A DNA stretch of 64,000 nucleotides, from positions 141,362 through 205,361 of the forward strand of contig NZ_JBLXGP010000001.1 of assembly GCF_048260565.1 (NCBI RefSeq). The letters are read 5' to 3'. The notes beneath the pieces are model-generated. The model searched no databases. It was not told the origin of the DNA and saw only the letters and a program-made list of their open reading frames with translations. The position numbers were made by a program, and so were the translations under genes. Origin of the DNA: Roseibium sp. Its GTDB lineage: Bacteria > Pseudomonadota > Alphaproteobacteria > Rhizobiales > Stappiaceae. Shown piece after piece: positions 39,199-50,113 of the stretch; position 1 is the stretch's first letter; every line of letters starts with the position of its first letter.

Positions 39199-40722
39199 TT
39201 ATGCGGCGTCACTTGAGTGATCGTCATCCGACCCGCTGAGCGACATGGCGAACAGGCGCTTGATGTTGCCGGCAAAGGCTGCCTGGCCTCTGCCGTTTTC
39301 CTTGGAATAATAGAGCGCATCGTCGGCCGCGGCCATGAGCCCTTCAGGGGTTGATCCGCATTCCGGCGCCGTGACGATACCGATGCTCAGCCCGATTTCC
39401 GCAGTCTCTCCGTTTTCCAATGGAATCGGCACTTCGACGGCACCCATAAGCTGGCCTGAAAGCAGCGTCAGGCGCCCGTGGTCCGTGAATGCGCGGTACA
39501 GGATGACGAATTCATCTCCGCCAAGGCGTGCGACCAGTCCGCCTTTGCCCACAATCTCCGTCATGCGCTGGGCAACGGCCTTGATCACGGTATCGCCGGC
39601 CGCGTGGCCATGGGTGTCATTGACGGATTTGAATTTGTCCAGATCGCAGTGGATGATGGCGAAAGGGGACGCGGGCAAGTTTGCGGTGGCGCTCTTCAAA
39701 ACGCGATTGAACTGCAACCGGTTGGCCAGGCCGGACAGCGTATCGTGCAGCGCAAGGTGGCGGTTTTGACGTTCGCTTGCCTGCAGGGACTTTGTCAGCC
39801 TCCCGATACGCCAGGCGATCCCGAAGGCGAGCACCGCGAGAAGAAGGCTGAGGGTCAGTACGATAGGGATAACGGTCGGCCAGATCGAGCTGCCCAGTGC
39901 CCGGCTTTCCCAGGAGAAACTCCCCAAGGGGTTGCCATTGGCGTCACGGACAAAGTGAGCCGGGCTGTCCGGTGCCGCAATCACATCCCGCAGGAAGGTG
40001 AGATCGGTGAAGGAAAGTTGGGTATTCAGGCCGGCCAGCATGTCGTCATTGATGAATTTGGCCGCAACCAGGATGACCGGCTGTCCGGCCGGTAGCGTTA
40101 CTGTGTCCTGGTCCGGCACGATCGGCATTGCGGTCGCGAGCGCCGGCTTGTCATCGATCACGATAAAGCCGATGGCTGCGTATTGTAGCGGTTTCAGCCC
40201 TTGTAGGGACCGATGGCTGTAGCCGCCCGGAATCCGGACCCGGTTGGACATGAACAGCGCGCGTGCCTTGTCCACGAGGGGCAGGTATCCGGGCGTTTCG
40301 TGCAAGGGCCGGTTGATGATGTGGGTATAGTCCTCGAAAGACTCGGCGAGGACCTGGTTCCCGGAGGCGATGATGAGAACCTTGTTGTAACTGTAGTCTT
40401 TCCATAGCCCCCGGATTTGATCGCGAACGAAATCATAGTCGAATGTCTGAATGATGTGGCGCACCGACTGATCGGAGTGCGAGACCTTCAATTGCTCGCG
40501 GATCATCTGATTTTTCTGGTTTTCCAGCGTGTGCTGAAACAGGCGCTTCTCGTTGGCGATCGCCTGCCTGTCAGATGCCTGTGACGCCACATATCCCACG
40601 AACAGCAAGGATGCGGAAGTCACGGCGATCAGGATCCCCGCCAGCAGGAATGCCAGCTTGGAAATATGCTGCCGGGGGGGCGAGCCCTCCCGGTCGTTGT
40701 ATCGCCGGTCCATCTTCGTCAC
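39199..40722 (-). CDS. Membrane diguanylate cyclase (CHASE4-like sensor + GGDEF)
   Basis: Two TM segments; HDTLSGLANR, DLDKFKSVNDTHGH..GD, RLGGDEF; no EAL domain. Confidence 0.9.
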   Translation of the reverse strand: MTKMDRRYNDREGSPPRQHISKLAFLLAGILIAVTSASLLFVGYVASQASDRQAIANEKRLFQHTLENQKNQMIREQLKVSHSDQSVRHIIQTFDYDFVRDQIRGLWKDYSYNKVLIIASGNQVLAESFEDYTHIINRPLHETPGYLPLVDKARALFMSNRVRIPGGYSHRSLQGLKPLQYAAIGFIVIDDKPALATAMPIVPDQDTVTLPAGQPVILVAAKFINDDMLAGLNTQLSFTDLTFLRDVIAAPDSPAHFVRDANGNPLGSFSWESRALGSSIWPTVIPIVLTLSLLLAVLAFGIAWRIGRLTKSLQASERQNRHLALHDTLSGLANRLQFNRVLKSATANLPASPFAIIHCDLDKFKSVNDTHGHAAGDTVIKAVAQRMTEIVGKGGLVARLGGDEFVILYRAFTDHGRLTLLSGQLMGAVEVPIPLENGETAEIGLSIGIVTAPECGSTPEGLMAAADDALYYSKENGRGQAAFAGNIKRLFAMSLSGSDDDHSSDAA

Positions 40723-40981
40723 GCGTTGGAACCTCGTTCACAAGCAAAGATCGACGTTATGAAATTCATGAGTGGTCCGGATATCTGAAGTCATCTGCCC
40801 CAACGTTACCATCGATGAGTTAATATGGAGTGGAATTGAACGATGAAAATCCGTTAACTTGATAATATTACGGATGTTTTTCAATCTTGGGTTTGCTTGC
40901 TAGCGCTTGCACCCGGCTCTTTCAAAGCTTGTCGGATGCCTGTTAACGCGCCCATAGCTGTTGTATTGGCGGTTGTTTCCA

Positions 40982-42334
40982 TTACGGCTGGTCCAGCAGG
41001 CCGTTTGCCGCCTGCAGGCCGCTCAGGTAGGCGCCATGCACCGTTCCCCGATATCGTGACGTCGTATGCTCCCCGGCAAGCCGGAGCGCCGGGCCAGACG
41101 ACTGTGCAAGGACATCGAAATCCGAAGGTGTGCTGCCGACGGCGACAAAGGAATAAACGCCGCGGGCGAAGGGGTCTTTTGACCACGTCGAACGCATGAA
41201 GCCGGTCGGTTCGGCAAGCCGGGGACCGAAAAGTCTGCGCAGCGTCGTCATGGCGTCGGTCACGATCGCGGCATCCGACAGCTCGTCCGCCTTGAGCGCG
41301 GCCTCGCCGGCGCAAATCAGCATGAGCGTGTTCTGGCCGGTCACGGCCCGCAGGTTGAAAATGCTGGGCCACCTGCCGCGGGTCGCGCTTGCATGGAAAA
41401 AGAAATGCGGATCTTCCGGCCACGCCACCGCATCGAAGGTGAGTGCGAGTTTCGCCATGTGTCCGAACCCGATCCGGTCGATCGCCCTCGCCTGGCGGAC
41501 GGGAAGGGGCGGATCGATCCGGATTGCGCCGGTTTTCAAAACCCCGAGCGGTACGGTGCAAATGACGTGATCCGCCTGGTATGTTCCAGCGTTTGTCTCC
41601 ACGGTCGCATGGTTGGAGCCGTGTTGAATGCGGAGGACGGTCTCATTGAGCTTGATCGCGACATCACGCGCCAGCAGATCGCAAATACGGTCGTAGCCCC
41701 CGCCAAGGATCACATCGGGGCCGTCAAACACGTCGTCCTCATCGAAATAATAGGCGGACAGGTCTTCAAGCCGCCCGCCGGTATCGGATTCCGTGTCCGC
41801 GCCCAGGGCGCAAAGTAATGGGTCGGCGAGGAATTGCGGCATTTCGGAACGGAGAGCGGATAGGAGCGGACGATCTTCGCTCTTGTCCACACGCGCATCG
41901 ATCCGTTTCAGAAGCGTGTCATATCTGGTTTCGGCCTTTTCCAGTACGTCGTTGGAGAGCAGGGCGCCGTCCGGTCCGAAAGCGAGAACATCCTCATAGT
42001 CTGTTTCGACGGGAACTGCGCCGGCCTCGCGGGCCAGATGCATCAGCGGATTGTCGTCCGTCCCGTGGATCCAGTTGGCCCCCCGTTCCAAAACCTCGCC
42101 AAGGGATCGAACGGTATCGATCCGTCCGCCAATGCGGTTGCGCGCTTCCAGAACCAGGACATCCCAGCTTGCGTCCTTCAGGGTTCTTGCCGCCGCAAGC
42201 CCGGATATTCCGGCTCCTATGACCAGAGCGGTTTTCGGGGGCACTTTTGCCAGAAGGGGCATTGGCAGGGAGGAGGCAAGCGTTCCCAGTCCGCAGGCCT
42301 TCAGTAGGCGCCTGCGCGTGAGGTCATGCGGCAT
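40982..42334 (-). CDS. Tat-exported flavin-containing amine oxidase family protein
   Basis: ATG at 42334: MPHDLTRRRLLKACGLGTLASSLPMPLLA (twin-Arg signal); GAGISGL, EARNRIGGRI, GANWIHG, AGEHT, TVHGAYLSG. Confidence 0.88.
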   Translation of the reverse strand: MPHDLTRRRLLKACGLGTLASSLPMPLLAKVPPKTALVIGAGISGLAAARTLKDASWDVLVLEARNRIGGRIDTVRSLGEVLERGANWIHGTDDNPLMHLAREAGAVPVETDYEDVLAFGPDGALLSNDVLEKAETRYDTLLKRIDARVDKSEDRPLLSALRSEMPQFLADPLLCALGADTESDTGGRLEDLSAYYFDEDDVFDGPDVILGGGYDRICDLLARDVAIKLNETVLRIQHGSNHATVETNAGTYQADHVICTVPLGVLKTGAIRIDPPLPVRQARAIDRIGFGHMAKLALTFDAVAWPEDPHFFFHASATRGRWPSIFNLRAVTGQNTLMLICAGEAALKADELSDAAIVTDAMTTLRRLFGPRLAEPTGFMRSTWSKDPFARGVYSFVAVGSTPSDFDVLAQSSGPALRLAGEHTTSRYRGTVHGAYLSGLQAANGLLDQP

Positions 42335-43934
42335 CGAAAGAGGCCGATGATTTGCGCTCTTGCCGAGCGGTTGGAGAAACGACTGCCTCCATGTTGAAGA
42401 CGGCCCGGTTCCGGCCATCTTCCTTCGCCCGGTAAAGCGCGTCATCGGCGGCCGAGAAGATTTCCGTTTCAAGCAGACCGCAATGGGGTGCGACCGCAAA
42501 GCCGAGGCTGATGCCCACGCTCGTTTCAATGTGCTCATCGAGGATGATCGGCCGACAGACGTTTGCCAGAATATTGTCCGCAAGGGACTTGAGGCCTTGC
42601 CGGTCCGCGTAGGAGTCGATCAGGATGACGAACTCATCGCCGCCGATCCGTCCGACGGTCCCGTCATTTCCGACCACCGCCCGCAACCGGTCGGCGACCG
42701 TGCGGAGCACGGCATCGCCCGCGGAATGGCCGAAACTGTCGTTCACGGCCTTGAAACGGTCCAGATCGCAGGCAGCAAGCGCAAAGGGTTGTTCCGGCAA
42801 TCGGTCGATGGAATGAGACAGGAGATCGGAAAACTGCAACCGGTTGGCAAGGCCGGTCAGTGGGTCGTGCTGGGCGAAATAGCGGTTGCGGAGCTCGCTC
42901 TGTTCCAGCGACGCCGACAATTTCCCGATCTTCCTGGAAACGACCAGTGCCGCCAGGGAAAGCAGGGCTGCGAGAGCCAGGGTTACGGGTACGACGAGCG
43001 CCCAGATCTCCCGGCCGGGCATGTTGCGTGTCCAGACGAAATGGCCGACTTTTTCGCCTTGCAGACCTATGAGGGCCCGGCGCGCGGATTTTCCCTGAGG
43101 CGCCGCGTCATCCAGGAAGGAGATGTCCTTCAGGGACAGCGGCGCGTTGAGTGCCTTGACGAAGGCATCGTCGATGTGCCGCGCCGAAATCAGGATGACC
43201 GGAGGTTCCTCGGCCAAAGCAACGGTGCCGTCATCCGGGACAACCGCCATGGCGCTCAACAGCACCGCCTGTCCGTCGATCCGGGAAAAGGCGAATTCGG
43301 TGACATCGGCCACCTGAGCCGTCGAAATCTTTTTCTGGCCGTAGCCGCTACCCAGATCGATCCTGTTGCGTTCGAACGTCGCGCGGGTGCGGTCGGCGAG
43401 GGTCTTGAGTGGATCTCCGGGCTTCAGTGTCACCGGCGTAAAGTCCACCTGATGTTCCACGGACCGGGCCAGGATCCGGTCGTCGGGGCCGATCAGGTAG
43501 GACCGATGCAGATTGAAGTCATGCCAGAGGGAATCGATGAACTCGTCGCGAACGAAATCCTTGTCGAAATCATGCACGATGTTTTTAACCGACCGGTCCC
43601 AGCGGGCGACGCTGAGCTGGTCGCGGGCGATCAGCAGCTGCCGGTCGGAAAGCGCATTATCGAAGATCAGGGTTTCGTTTTCCAGCGCTTGCTGGTCTGC
43701 AGACCTGGAGGCGACGTAGCCGACCACCAGCAGAGAAATGCTGGCTAGCAGGATCAGCATGGCCGCAAGTCCGTAAACGCGGACCGCAATTCTGCCTGCC
43801 GGCTTCTGATCGCCCGCATCTATCGAGAAGGTTTCCGAATTCACTTTCTGCCTGCCCACCCTGAATAACCAGCGTTCCCTATCCGTGCCGGGCTGGAAAA
43901 GGCCCCGGCAGCAGATCAGTGCCGCTGAATTCAT
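42324..43934 (-). CDS. Membrane diguanylate cyclase (CHASE4-like sensor + GGDEF), paralog of 39199-40722
   Basis: Two TM segments; HDPLTGLANR, DLDRFKAVNDSFGH..GD, RIGGDEF. True start may be GTG 43844. Confidence 0.9.
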   Translation of the reverse strand: MNSAALICCRGLFQPGTDRERWLFRVGRQKVNSETFSIDAGDQKPAGRIAVRVYGLAAMLILLASISLLVVGYVASRSADQQALENETLIFDNALSDRQLLIARDQLSVARWDRSVKNIVHDFDKDFVRDEFIDSLWHDFNLHRSYLIGPDDRILARSVEHQVDFTPVTLKPGDPLKTLADRTRATFERNRIDLGSGYGQKKISTAQVADVTEFAFSRIDGQAVLLSAMAVVPDDGTVALAEEPPVILISARHIDDAFVKALNAPLSLKDISFLDDAAPQGKSARRALIGLQGEKVGHFVWTRNMPGREIWALVVPVTLALAALLSLAALVVSRKIGKLSASLEQSELRNRYFAQHDPLTGLANRLQFSDLLSHSIDRLPEQPFALAACDLDRFKAVNDSFGHSAGDAVLRTVADRLRAVVGNDGTVGRIGGDEFVILIDSYADRQGLKSLADNILANVCRPIILDEHIETSVGISLGFAVAPHCGLLETEIFSAADDALYRAKEDGRNRAVFNMEAVVSPTARQERKSSASFDAA

Positions 43935-44008
43935 TGTCAGAATAGCCGATGAGCGTTAAAATCTAATGGTCAACTATGGCAAACAAGATCTTTACGGATC
44001 GGCGCGTT

Positions 44009-45196
44009 TCATCCGGAATGGACCGCGCTCACGAAAGCCTCGATCTCAGTTTCCGTATTGAAGGCGTGAACCGATGCCCGCACCAGCGCATCGAGCCCTC
44101 GTGCGGGCATGTCGATCTGGGCCGATGTGGCGGCCGATACGGAGACGTTGATCTGCTGTCCGGCAAGCCGCGCCTTGGTCTGCGCCGGATCTTCTCCGTC
44201 CCTGAGGAAGGTGACGATGCCGCCCTTGCGCAGTCCCTTGTCGTGGAGGCTGATGCCGTCACATCTGGACAGTTCGCTGCGCAGCAATGCACCGAGTTCG
44301 ATAATGCGCCCGGAAAGGCCTTCCATCCCGAAACGAAGCGCATAGCCTGCGGCTACGCCCAGGCCGATCTGTCCGGCAACATACCGTTCCCAGTTTTCAA
44401 AACGTCGGGCGTTCGGTTTAAGGACATAACGGTCAGGCCCGGTCCAGGTCGTTGCCTCGAGATCCACGAACGGCGGCTCGATCTGGTCGAGGATACTGTC
44501 GCTGACATAAAGGAACCCGGTCCCACGGGGCCCGCGCAGATATTTCCGTCCCGTGCCAGACAGCAGGTGGCAGCCGATTTCGCGAACGTCCAGCGGCACC
44601 TGGCCGGCAGACTGGCAGGCATCGAGCAGGTAAAGAAGGTTGTGCTTGTTCGCGATCCGGCCAACCTCCGCGGCCGGATTGATCAGTCCGCCGAATGTGG
44701 AGATGTGGGTCAGGGCGATCAGGCGCGTTTTCGGCGTGATCGCGGCTTCCAGCGCCTTGAGGTCGATCTGGCCGTGGGCGTCGTCTTCGATCAGGTCGAT
44801 CTCGATCCCGGCCCGTTTTTTCATTTGCAGGAGCGCGACGAAATTCGAGACATATTCCGACCGGCCGGTGATCACCCGGTCTCCCGGCCGGAAATCGATG
44901 CCGTAAAAGGCCATGTCCCAGGCGCGTGTGGCGTTCTCGATAAAGGCGATTTCGGAGCTGTCTGCATTCAAGAGGGCCGCCATGTTGGCGTAAAACGCAT
45001 CGGCTGCTTCGGCTTGCTTAGCCGCGGCCTCGTAACCGCCGATCCCCGCCTCCAGATCGAGATGATCCTTGACCGCATCAAGCACGGGTTTGAGCGCAAG
45101 ACCCGTTCCGGCATTGTTGAAATGTATGACGTTTTCGCAGCCGGGCGTATCGCGGCGCAAAAGCAGGATGTCCTGATCGTTGAGGCGGTTGCTCAT
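44009..45196 (-). CDS. Class V PLP-dependent enzyme (aminotransferase/lyase fold)
   Basis: [39 protein letters not shown]; lacks the desulfurase RxGHHC loop. Confidence 0.85.
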   Translation of the reverse strand: MSNRLNDQDILLLRRDTPGCENVIHFNNAGTGLALKPVLDAVKDHLDLEAGIGGYEAAAKQAEAADAFYANMAALLNADSSEIAFIENATRAWDMAFYGIDFRPGDRVITGRSEYVSNFVALLQMKKRAGIEIDLIEDDAHGQIDLKALEAAITPKTRLIALTHISTFGGLINPAAEVGRIANKHNLLYLLDACQSAGQVPLDVREIGCHLLSGTGRKYLRGPRGTGFLYVSDSILDQIEPPFVDLEATTWTGPDRYVLKPNARRFENWERYVAGQIGLGVAAGYALRFGMEGLSGRIIELGALLRSELSRCDGISLHDKGLRKGGIVTFLRDGEDPAQTKARLAGQQINVSVSAATSAQIDMPARGLDALVRASVHAFNTETEIEAFVSAVHSG

Positions 45197-45264
45197 GTGG
45201 AATTCCATGCTCCTGATCACGGCGGTGTCTTTACGAGACGGCGGTTCGTCCCTACATCGAGAAT

Positions 45265-45858
45265 ATGACCATTAGTTATTTCGGCTACGGCTCCCTCGTC
45301 AATTCTGCCACTCTGCCCGAGACCGCGCAGGTAACGCCCGGCCGGCTGGATGGCTGGGTGCGGGAATGGCGGATCCGCGGCTCCAACCAGACCGGCCGGG
45401 GCGTCTGTTCCCTGAGCGTCGCTCCGGAAGAGGACGCGAAAATCCGGGGCGTGCTCGCAACCGAGCCGAAACATGGCCTGGCAAAGCTGGAACTGCGGGA
45501 ATGGAAATACGACCGCATCGACGGGGTCGGAGGCGCGTTCCGCTGCGATCTGGAGAATTTGCCGGGCCCCGACGACATGTTCCTGTTCCGCTCGAAACCG
45601 GAACACAACGATTGGGGCGATGCGGATCACCCCATCCTGCAAAGCTATCTCGACTGCGTTCTTGCCGGCTTTCATGCGCTCTGGGGCGAGGAGGGGATCG
45701 TCCACTTCCTGGAGACGACCCGGGGCTGGCACGTGCCGATCCTGGCAGACCGCGGCGAGCCGGTTTACCCGCGTGCGATCCGCCTTGATGCGGTCATGAC
45801 GGAAATGATCGACGATCATCTTGCGGGCCTGAAAGTCCGCTATCTGACGCCGGCCTGA
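45265..45858 (+). CDS. Gamma-glutamylcyclotransferase-like protein
   Basis: N-terminal YFGYGSL motif and LELRE catalytic-like motif. Confidence 0.75.
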   Translation: MTISYFGYGSLVNSATLPETAQVTPGRLDGWVREWRIRGSNQTGRGVCSLSVAPEEDAKIRGVLATEPKHGLAKLELREWKYDRIDGVGGAFRCDLENLPGPDDMFLFRSKPEHNDWGDADHPILQSYLDCVLAGFHALWGEEGIVHFLETTRGWHVPILADRGEPVYPRAIRLDAVMTEMIDDHLAGLKVRYLTPA

Positions 45859-45861
45859 GTT

Positions 45862-46992
45862 TCAGCAGTCCTCCACCGTTTCCGCGATCAACTGGTCGAC
45901 AACGCCTTTCAGCGCTTCATCCGTGGATGAACCCCCGGCGATCATTGTCTCGTAAAGGCTGATCTGCCGGTCGGCGGAGGTGCCTTCCGCGACGATCTTG
46001 CGTATCCGGGCGATTTCCGCTTCGCAGCCGAAGAAGGCGATGTCCTCCTGAACGAGGTCGATCATTTCCTCGATCAACTCGCCATAGGGCATCAGCGTAC
46101 CGCGGCCGTAGTCGATCAGGTTTGCGCCAATGCCATGGCGTTCCGCCAGCCACCGGTTTTCCGCAATGAGAAAGCGGGAATAGGTTCGCCAGCGCATGTT
46201 GGAACGCCGGAGGCGGTAGAGCATGCGGCACAGGCAGCGGAACAGCGCCGCGATCGCGATCGCGTCCTCCAGCCGGGTGCACAGGTCGGTGATCCGCATT
46301 TCCAGCGTGGGAAACCGGGCGGACGGGCGCAGATCCCACCAGATCCTGGTTCCGTCCTCGATTACGCCGGCCTTGATCAGGACGTTAATGGTGCGCTGAT
46401 AGTCGGAATAGCTCTCGAAAGCCTCCGGCAGCCCGGTCCGCGGCAATTCGTTGAAAACGGCCATCCGATAGGATTTCAGTCCGGTGTCGCGTCCGCGCCA
46501 GAACGGTGACGACGTGCTCAGCGCCAGAAGATGAGGCAGGAAATAGGCGAGCTGGTTGAAGAGGTCGATCCTGAGTTCCTCGTCCTCTATGCCGACATGA
46601 ACATGCATGCCGCAAATCAGCAGCCGGTCGGCGACGACCTGCATCGCCTTGGCGATGTCGTTGTAGCGTTCCTTGTCCGTGTGCGGTTGGCGCATCCATT
46701 CCGCAAACGGATGTGTGGAGGCGGCAATCGGCGCCAGACCGTAGCCTTGTGCCTTTTCCGCAATGGTCCGCCGCAGGAACCGCAACTCCTGCCGGGCGTC
46801 GTCCAGCGACGTACAGACCGGTGTGCCGACCTCGATTTGGCATCTGAGGAATTCCGGACTGACCCGGCCTTTAAGGGCGGCCTCGCAATCGGCAAAAAGC
46901 TCCGGAGGCGGGGCGCTCGCCAGATCACGGGTTGTGCGGTCGACAAGAAGATATTCCTCTTCAATGCCGAGTGTGAATTGAGGCTCGATCAT
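45862..46992 (-). CDS. Carboxylate-amine ligase (YbdK/GCS2 glutamate--cysteine ligase family)
   Basis: ATG at 46992; TLGIEEEY, ICGMHVHVG, LALSTSSPFW, WWDLRPS, TLEMRITD. Confidence 0.92.
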   Translation of the reverse strand: MIEPQFTLGIEEEYLLVDRTTRDLASAPPPELFADCEAALKGRVSPEFLRCQIEVGTPVCTSLDDARQELRFLRRTIAEKAQGYGLAPIAASTHPFAEWMRQPHTDKERYNDIAKAMQVVADRLLICGMHVHVGIEDEELRIDLFNQLAYFLPHLLALSTSSPFWRGRDTGLKSYRMAVFNELPRTGLPEAFESYSDYQRTINVLIKAGVIEDGTRIWWDLRPSARFPTLEMRITDLCTRLEDAIAIAALFRCLCRMLYRLRRSNMRWRTYSRFLIAENRWLAERHGIGANLIDYGRGTLMPYGELIEEMIDLVQEDIAFFGCEAEIARIRKIVAEGTSADRQISLYETMIAGGSSTDEALKGVVDQLIAETVEDC

Positions 46993-47066
46993 CAGGGAAG
47001 CTTCGGCTTTGCCGGCAAGTCCGGTCAAGTCAGGTTGTTCCCGGACTTGGGCCGGTCCGGATGCCT

Positions 47067-47789
47067 CTAGCCCATCAATCCCTGCAACAGATAGCCGACA
47101 ATCCAGGCAATGGCTGCCGCGGCCATTCCGATCACTGTGGTTTCCAGTCCGGACCAGAACCAGCGCTGGGTCGACCAGCGCGACTTGATCGAGCCGATCC
47201 CGAAAAACGCGCTTGCCGTCAGAAATGTCGTTATCTCGGCGGACGCAGGAAGTCCGAAAACGAACGGGACCAACGGCAGGCTGCCGCAAACCACGAAGGC
47301 GACGAAGGTCGTCAGGGCTGCCTTGAACGGCGAGCGCTGGGCGGCGGACAGGCCGTACTCCTCCTGCATCATGGTCTCGATCCAGGTTCGGCGCCGAGAC
47401 GTGATGATGCCGACCAGGGTTTCCAGCTCTTCGCCATGGTAGCCTTTTGCGCTGTAAATCTGGCGGATTTCCTCGCGTTCGCCCTCCGGGTCCAGTTGAA
47501 TATGTTTTTCCTCCACCAGCTTGAGGCGCCGGTAGTCGTCTTCTTCCGTCTTGGTTCCCGAGTAGTTGGCCGCTGCCATTGAGAAACCGTCGGCCAAAAG
47601 GTTGGCGAGGCCCAGGATCAGGATGATCGGCGTCGACAGGTTCGCACCCACGGCTCCGGCGACGACGGCAAAAGTGGTCACCGCGCCGTCGATCCCGCCA
47701 TAGACCCAGTCCCGCAGATAGCTGATGACCGGCCCGTCCTGCAGCCTGTCGGCAATGTCATCCGGCGCATGGCTGTGTTCGAGGCTCAT
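47067..47789 (-). CDS. VIT1/CCC1 iron/manganese transporter family protein
   Basis: LRDWVYGGIDGAVTTFAVV, LGLANLLADGFSMA, EREEIRQIY. Confidence 0.92.
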   Translation of the reverse strand: MSLEHSHAPDDIADRLQDGPVISYLRDWVYGGIDGAVTTFAVVAGAVGANLSTPIILILGLANLLADGFSMAAANYSGTKTEEDDYRRLKLVEEKHIQLDPEGEREEIRQIYSAKGYHGEELETLVGIITSRRRTWIETMMQEEYGLSAAQRSPFKAALTTFVAFVVCGSLPLVPFVFGLPASAEITTFLTASAFFGIGSIKSRWSTQRWFWSGLETTVIGMAAAAIAWIVGYLLQGLMG

Positions 47790-47985
47790 CTGCGGTATCC
47801 TTGTCTGACCTGCTGGCGTGAACTGGCAGATTCACTCTACTACCTGTGGTCTTGGAGAAAAGACCCGTGTATAACCCGCGCACGTTTGCTCATGAGGTGC
47901 AGCGCGAGAGAACAATCGGACTGATCCGGGCAAAACAATTCAAGAGATTTTGGTGCGCCCGGCACCGAGTGCAGGAGTTGAAACA

Positions 47986-49368
47986 ATGGCGGAGAAGTGG
48001 ACACCGGACAGCTGGAGATCGAAGCCGATCGTTCAGGTGCCGGATTATCCCGATAAAGAGGCCGTGGCAGAGGTTGAAGGCCGTCTGTCGACCTATCCGC
48101 CGCTGGTTTTTGCAGGTGAGGCGCGGGATCTGAAGCGCCAGCTTGCCGATGTCGCGGCCGGAAAGGGTTTTCTGCTTCAAGGTGGCGATTGTGCGGAAAG
48201 CTTCGCCGAGCATCACCCGGACCACATCCGTGACTTTTTCCGTGTCTTCCTGCAGATGGCCGTCGTGCTCACCTATGCGGCCAGTCAGCCGGTGGTGAAA
48301 GTCGGCCGTATCGCCGGTCAGTTCGCGAAACCGCGTTCGTCCAATTTCGAGAAAAAGGGCGATGTCGAACTGCCGAGCTACCGGGGCGACATCATCAACG
48401 ACATCGCGTTCACGCCGGAAAGCCGGATCCCCGATCCGAACCGGATGAGCATGGCCTACCGTCAGTCTGCGGCGACGCTGAATCTTCTGCGCGCGTTTGC
48501 TCAGGGCGGTTTCGCCAATCTCGACCAGGTGCACCAGTGGATGCTCGGCTTCATTTCCGACAGTCCCCAGGGCCACCGCTACAAGGAACTGGCCGACCGC
48601 ATCACCGAGTCGCTTGCATTCATGCGCGCCTGCGGTGTGAATTCCGGCAGCGTACCGCAATTGCGCTCGACCGATTTCTTCACCAGCCACGAAGCCCTGC
48701 TTCTGGGGTATGAGCAGGCATTCACTCGCGTGGACAGCACCTCCGGCGACTGGTACGCCACCTCCGGCCATATGCTGTGGATCGGCGACCGGACCCGCCA
48801 GCCCGACCACGCACATGTGGAGTTCTTCCGCGGTATCAAGAATCCGATCGGTCTGAAATGCGGCCCGTCGCTGAGCCCGGACGGCCTGCTGGAACTGATC
48901 GATATCCTGAACCCGGATAACGAGCCGGGCCGGTTGACCCTGATCGCGCGCTTCGGCGCCGACAAGGTCTTCGATCACCTGCCGCAGCTCGTTCGTGCCG
49001 TGGAACGCGAAGGCAAGGTCGTGGTCTGGTCCTGCGATCCGATGCATGGCAACACGGTTACCGCCGGCGGCTACAAGACCCGCCCGTTCGACCGGATTCT
49101 GAAAGAAGTGGAAGCCTTTTTCGCCGTTCATCGGGCAGAAGGCACCCATGCCGGCGGCGTTCATGTGGAAATGACCGGCCGCAACGTGACCGAGTGCACC
49201 GGGGGCGCCCACGCGCTGACCGCGGATCAGCTCGGCGATCGCTACCACACCCATTGCGATCCGCGACTGAATGCGGATCAGGCACTGGAACTGGCCTTCC
49301 TGATCGCTGAAAATCTCAAGAAGGAAAAAGACGGCCGCCGGTCGGAACCGCTGGCTGTGAATGCCTGA
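47986..49368 (+). CDS. Class II 3-deoxy-7-phosphoheptulonate (DAHP) synthase
   Basis: ATG at 47986 with AGGAG RBS; [48 protein letters not shown]. Confidence 0.96.
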   Translation: MAEKWTPDSWRSKPIVQVPDYPDKEAVAEVEGRLSTYPPLVFAGEARDLKRQLADVAAGKGFLLQGGDCAESFAEHHPDHIRDFFRVFLQMAVVLTYAASQPVVKVGRIAGQFAKPRSSNFEKKGDVELPSYRGDIINDIAFTPESRIPDPNRMSMAYRQSAATLNLLRAFAQGGFANLDQVHQWMLGFISDSPQGHRYKELADRITESLAFMRACGVNSGSVPQLRSTDFFTSHEALLLGYEQAFTRVDSTSGDWYATSGHMLWIGDRTRQPDHAHVEFFRGIKNPIGLKCGPSLSPDGLLELIDILNPDNEPGRLTLIARFGADKVFDHLPQLVRAVEREGKVVVWSCDPMHGNTVTAGGYKTRPFDRILKEVEAFFAVHRAEGTHAGGVHVEMTGRNVTECTGGAHALTADQLGDRYHTHCDPRLNADQALELAFLIAENLKKEKDGRRSEPLAVNA

Positions 49369-49391
49369 CGCGCATTGTCAGAATTACGGAT

Positions 49392-49418
49392 AAAAGAGCG
49401 GCATTTTGCCGCTCTTTT
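49392..49418. terminator. Intrinsic terminator (symmetrical)
   Basis: aaaagagcggca-ttt-tgccgctctttt. Confidence 0.8.
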
Positions 49419-49522
49419 CATTTATGGCGCGGCAAGGCTGATTATCGATAAATTTAGCAAGGATTACTTAAGGTAAGACGCCCATACATCGGGCGGGATT
49501 TGAGGTAGGGGATTTTCATAAA

Positions 49523-50065
49523 ATGACGATGCATTGGGACCTGTCCACGGTCTCGTTTCTTGTAATTGACGACAATATGCATATGCGCAGCATTTTGAGA
49601 TCCGTTCTGGGCGGGTTTGGCGCACGCCATATTTTTGAGGCATCTGACGGGGCGGACGGACTTGAGATCGTTCTGGATCGCAGCCCGGATTTCATTCTTT
49701 GCGATTGGGTCATGAAGCCGTTGAGCGGGTCGGAGTTCATCCGCACCCTTCGGGCCGAGAAGGACAGGCGCCTGAGCACCCTTCCTGTGGTTGTCGTCAG
49801 CGCCCATTCCCATAAATCGACGGTTCTTGAAGCGGTCAATCTCGGTATTCATGGTTTCATCGCCAAGCCTGTCTCACCGGCCGTACTTTACCGGCATATC
49901 GCCGACACCCTGCACAAGCAGGCCCTCCATGGGCGGACCAAGGGCATCTTGTTCAATTCAGCGAGCACGGACAGGCGAAACCGCAACAGGATCGACGACC
50001 AGCCTTCGGTCGCTGCTGCTCCGGCAAGTGAGACAACGATAGCGATCGATATGGCGCTGATTTAG
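49523..50065 (+). CDS. Single-receiver-domain response regulator
   Basis: LVIDD, ILCDWVM (phospho-Asp), VVSAH, IAKP. Confidence 0.88.
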   Translation: MTMHWDLSTVSFLVIDDNMHMRSILRSVLGGFGARHIFEASDGADGLEIVLDRSPDFILCDWVMKPLSGSEFIRTLRAEKDRRLSTLPVVVVSAHSHKSTVLEAVNLGIHGFIAKPVSPAVLYRHIADTLHKQALHGRTKGILFNSASTDRRNRNRIDDQPSVAAAPASETTIAIDMALI

Positions 50066-50113
50066 GCTTTCGCAGCGATTGCAACTCTTTCGCGGTCAGG
50101 CTAATCACGAAGA

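Noticed and set aside
40800-40870. TTAA half-sites upstream of the diguanylate cyclases as CtrA boxes
   Set aside because: No pair with both correct N7 spacing and a good second half-site.
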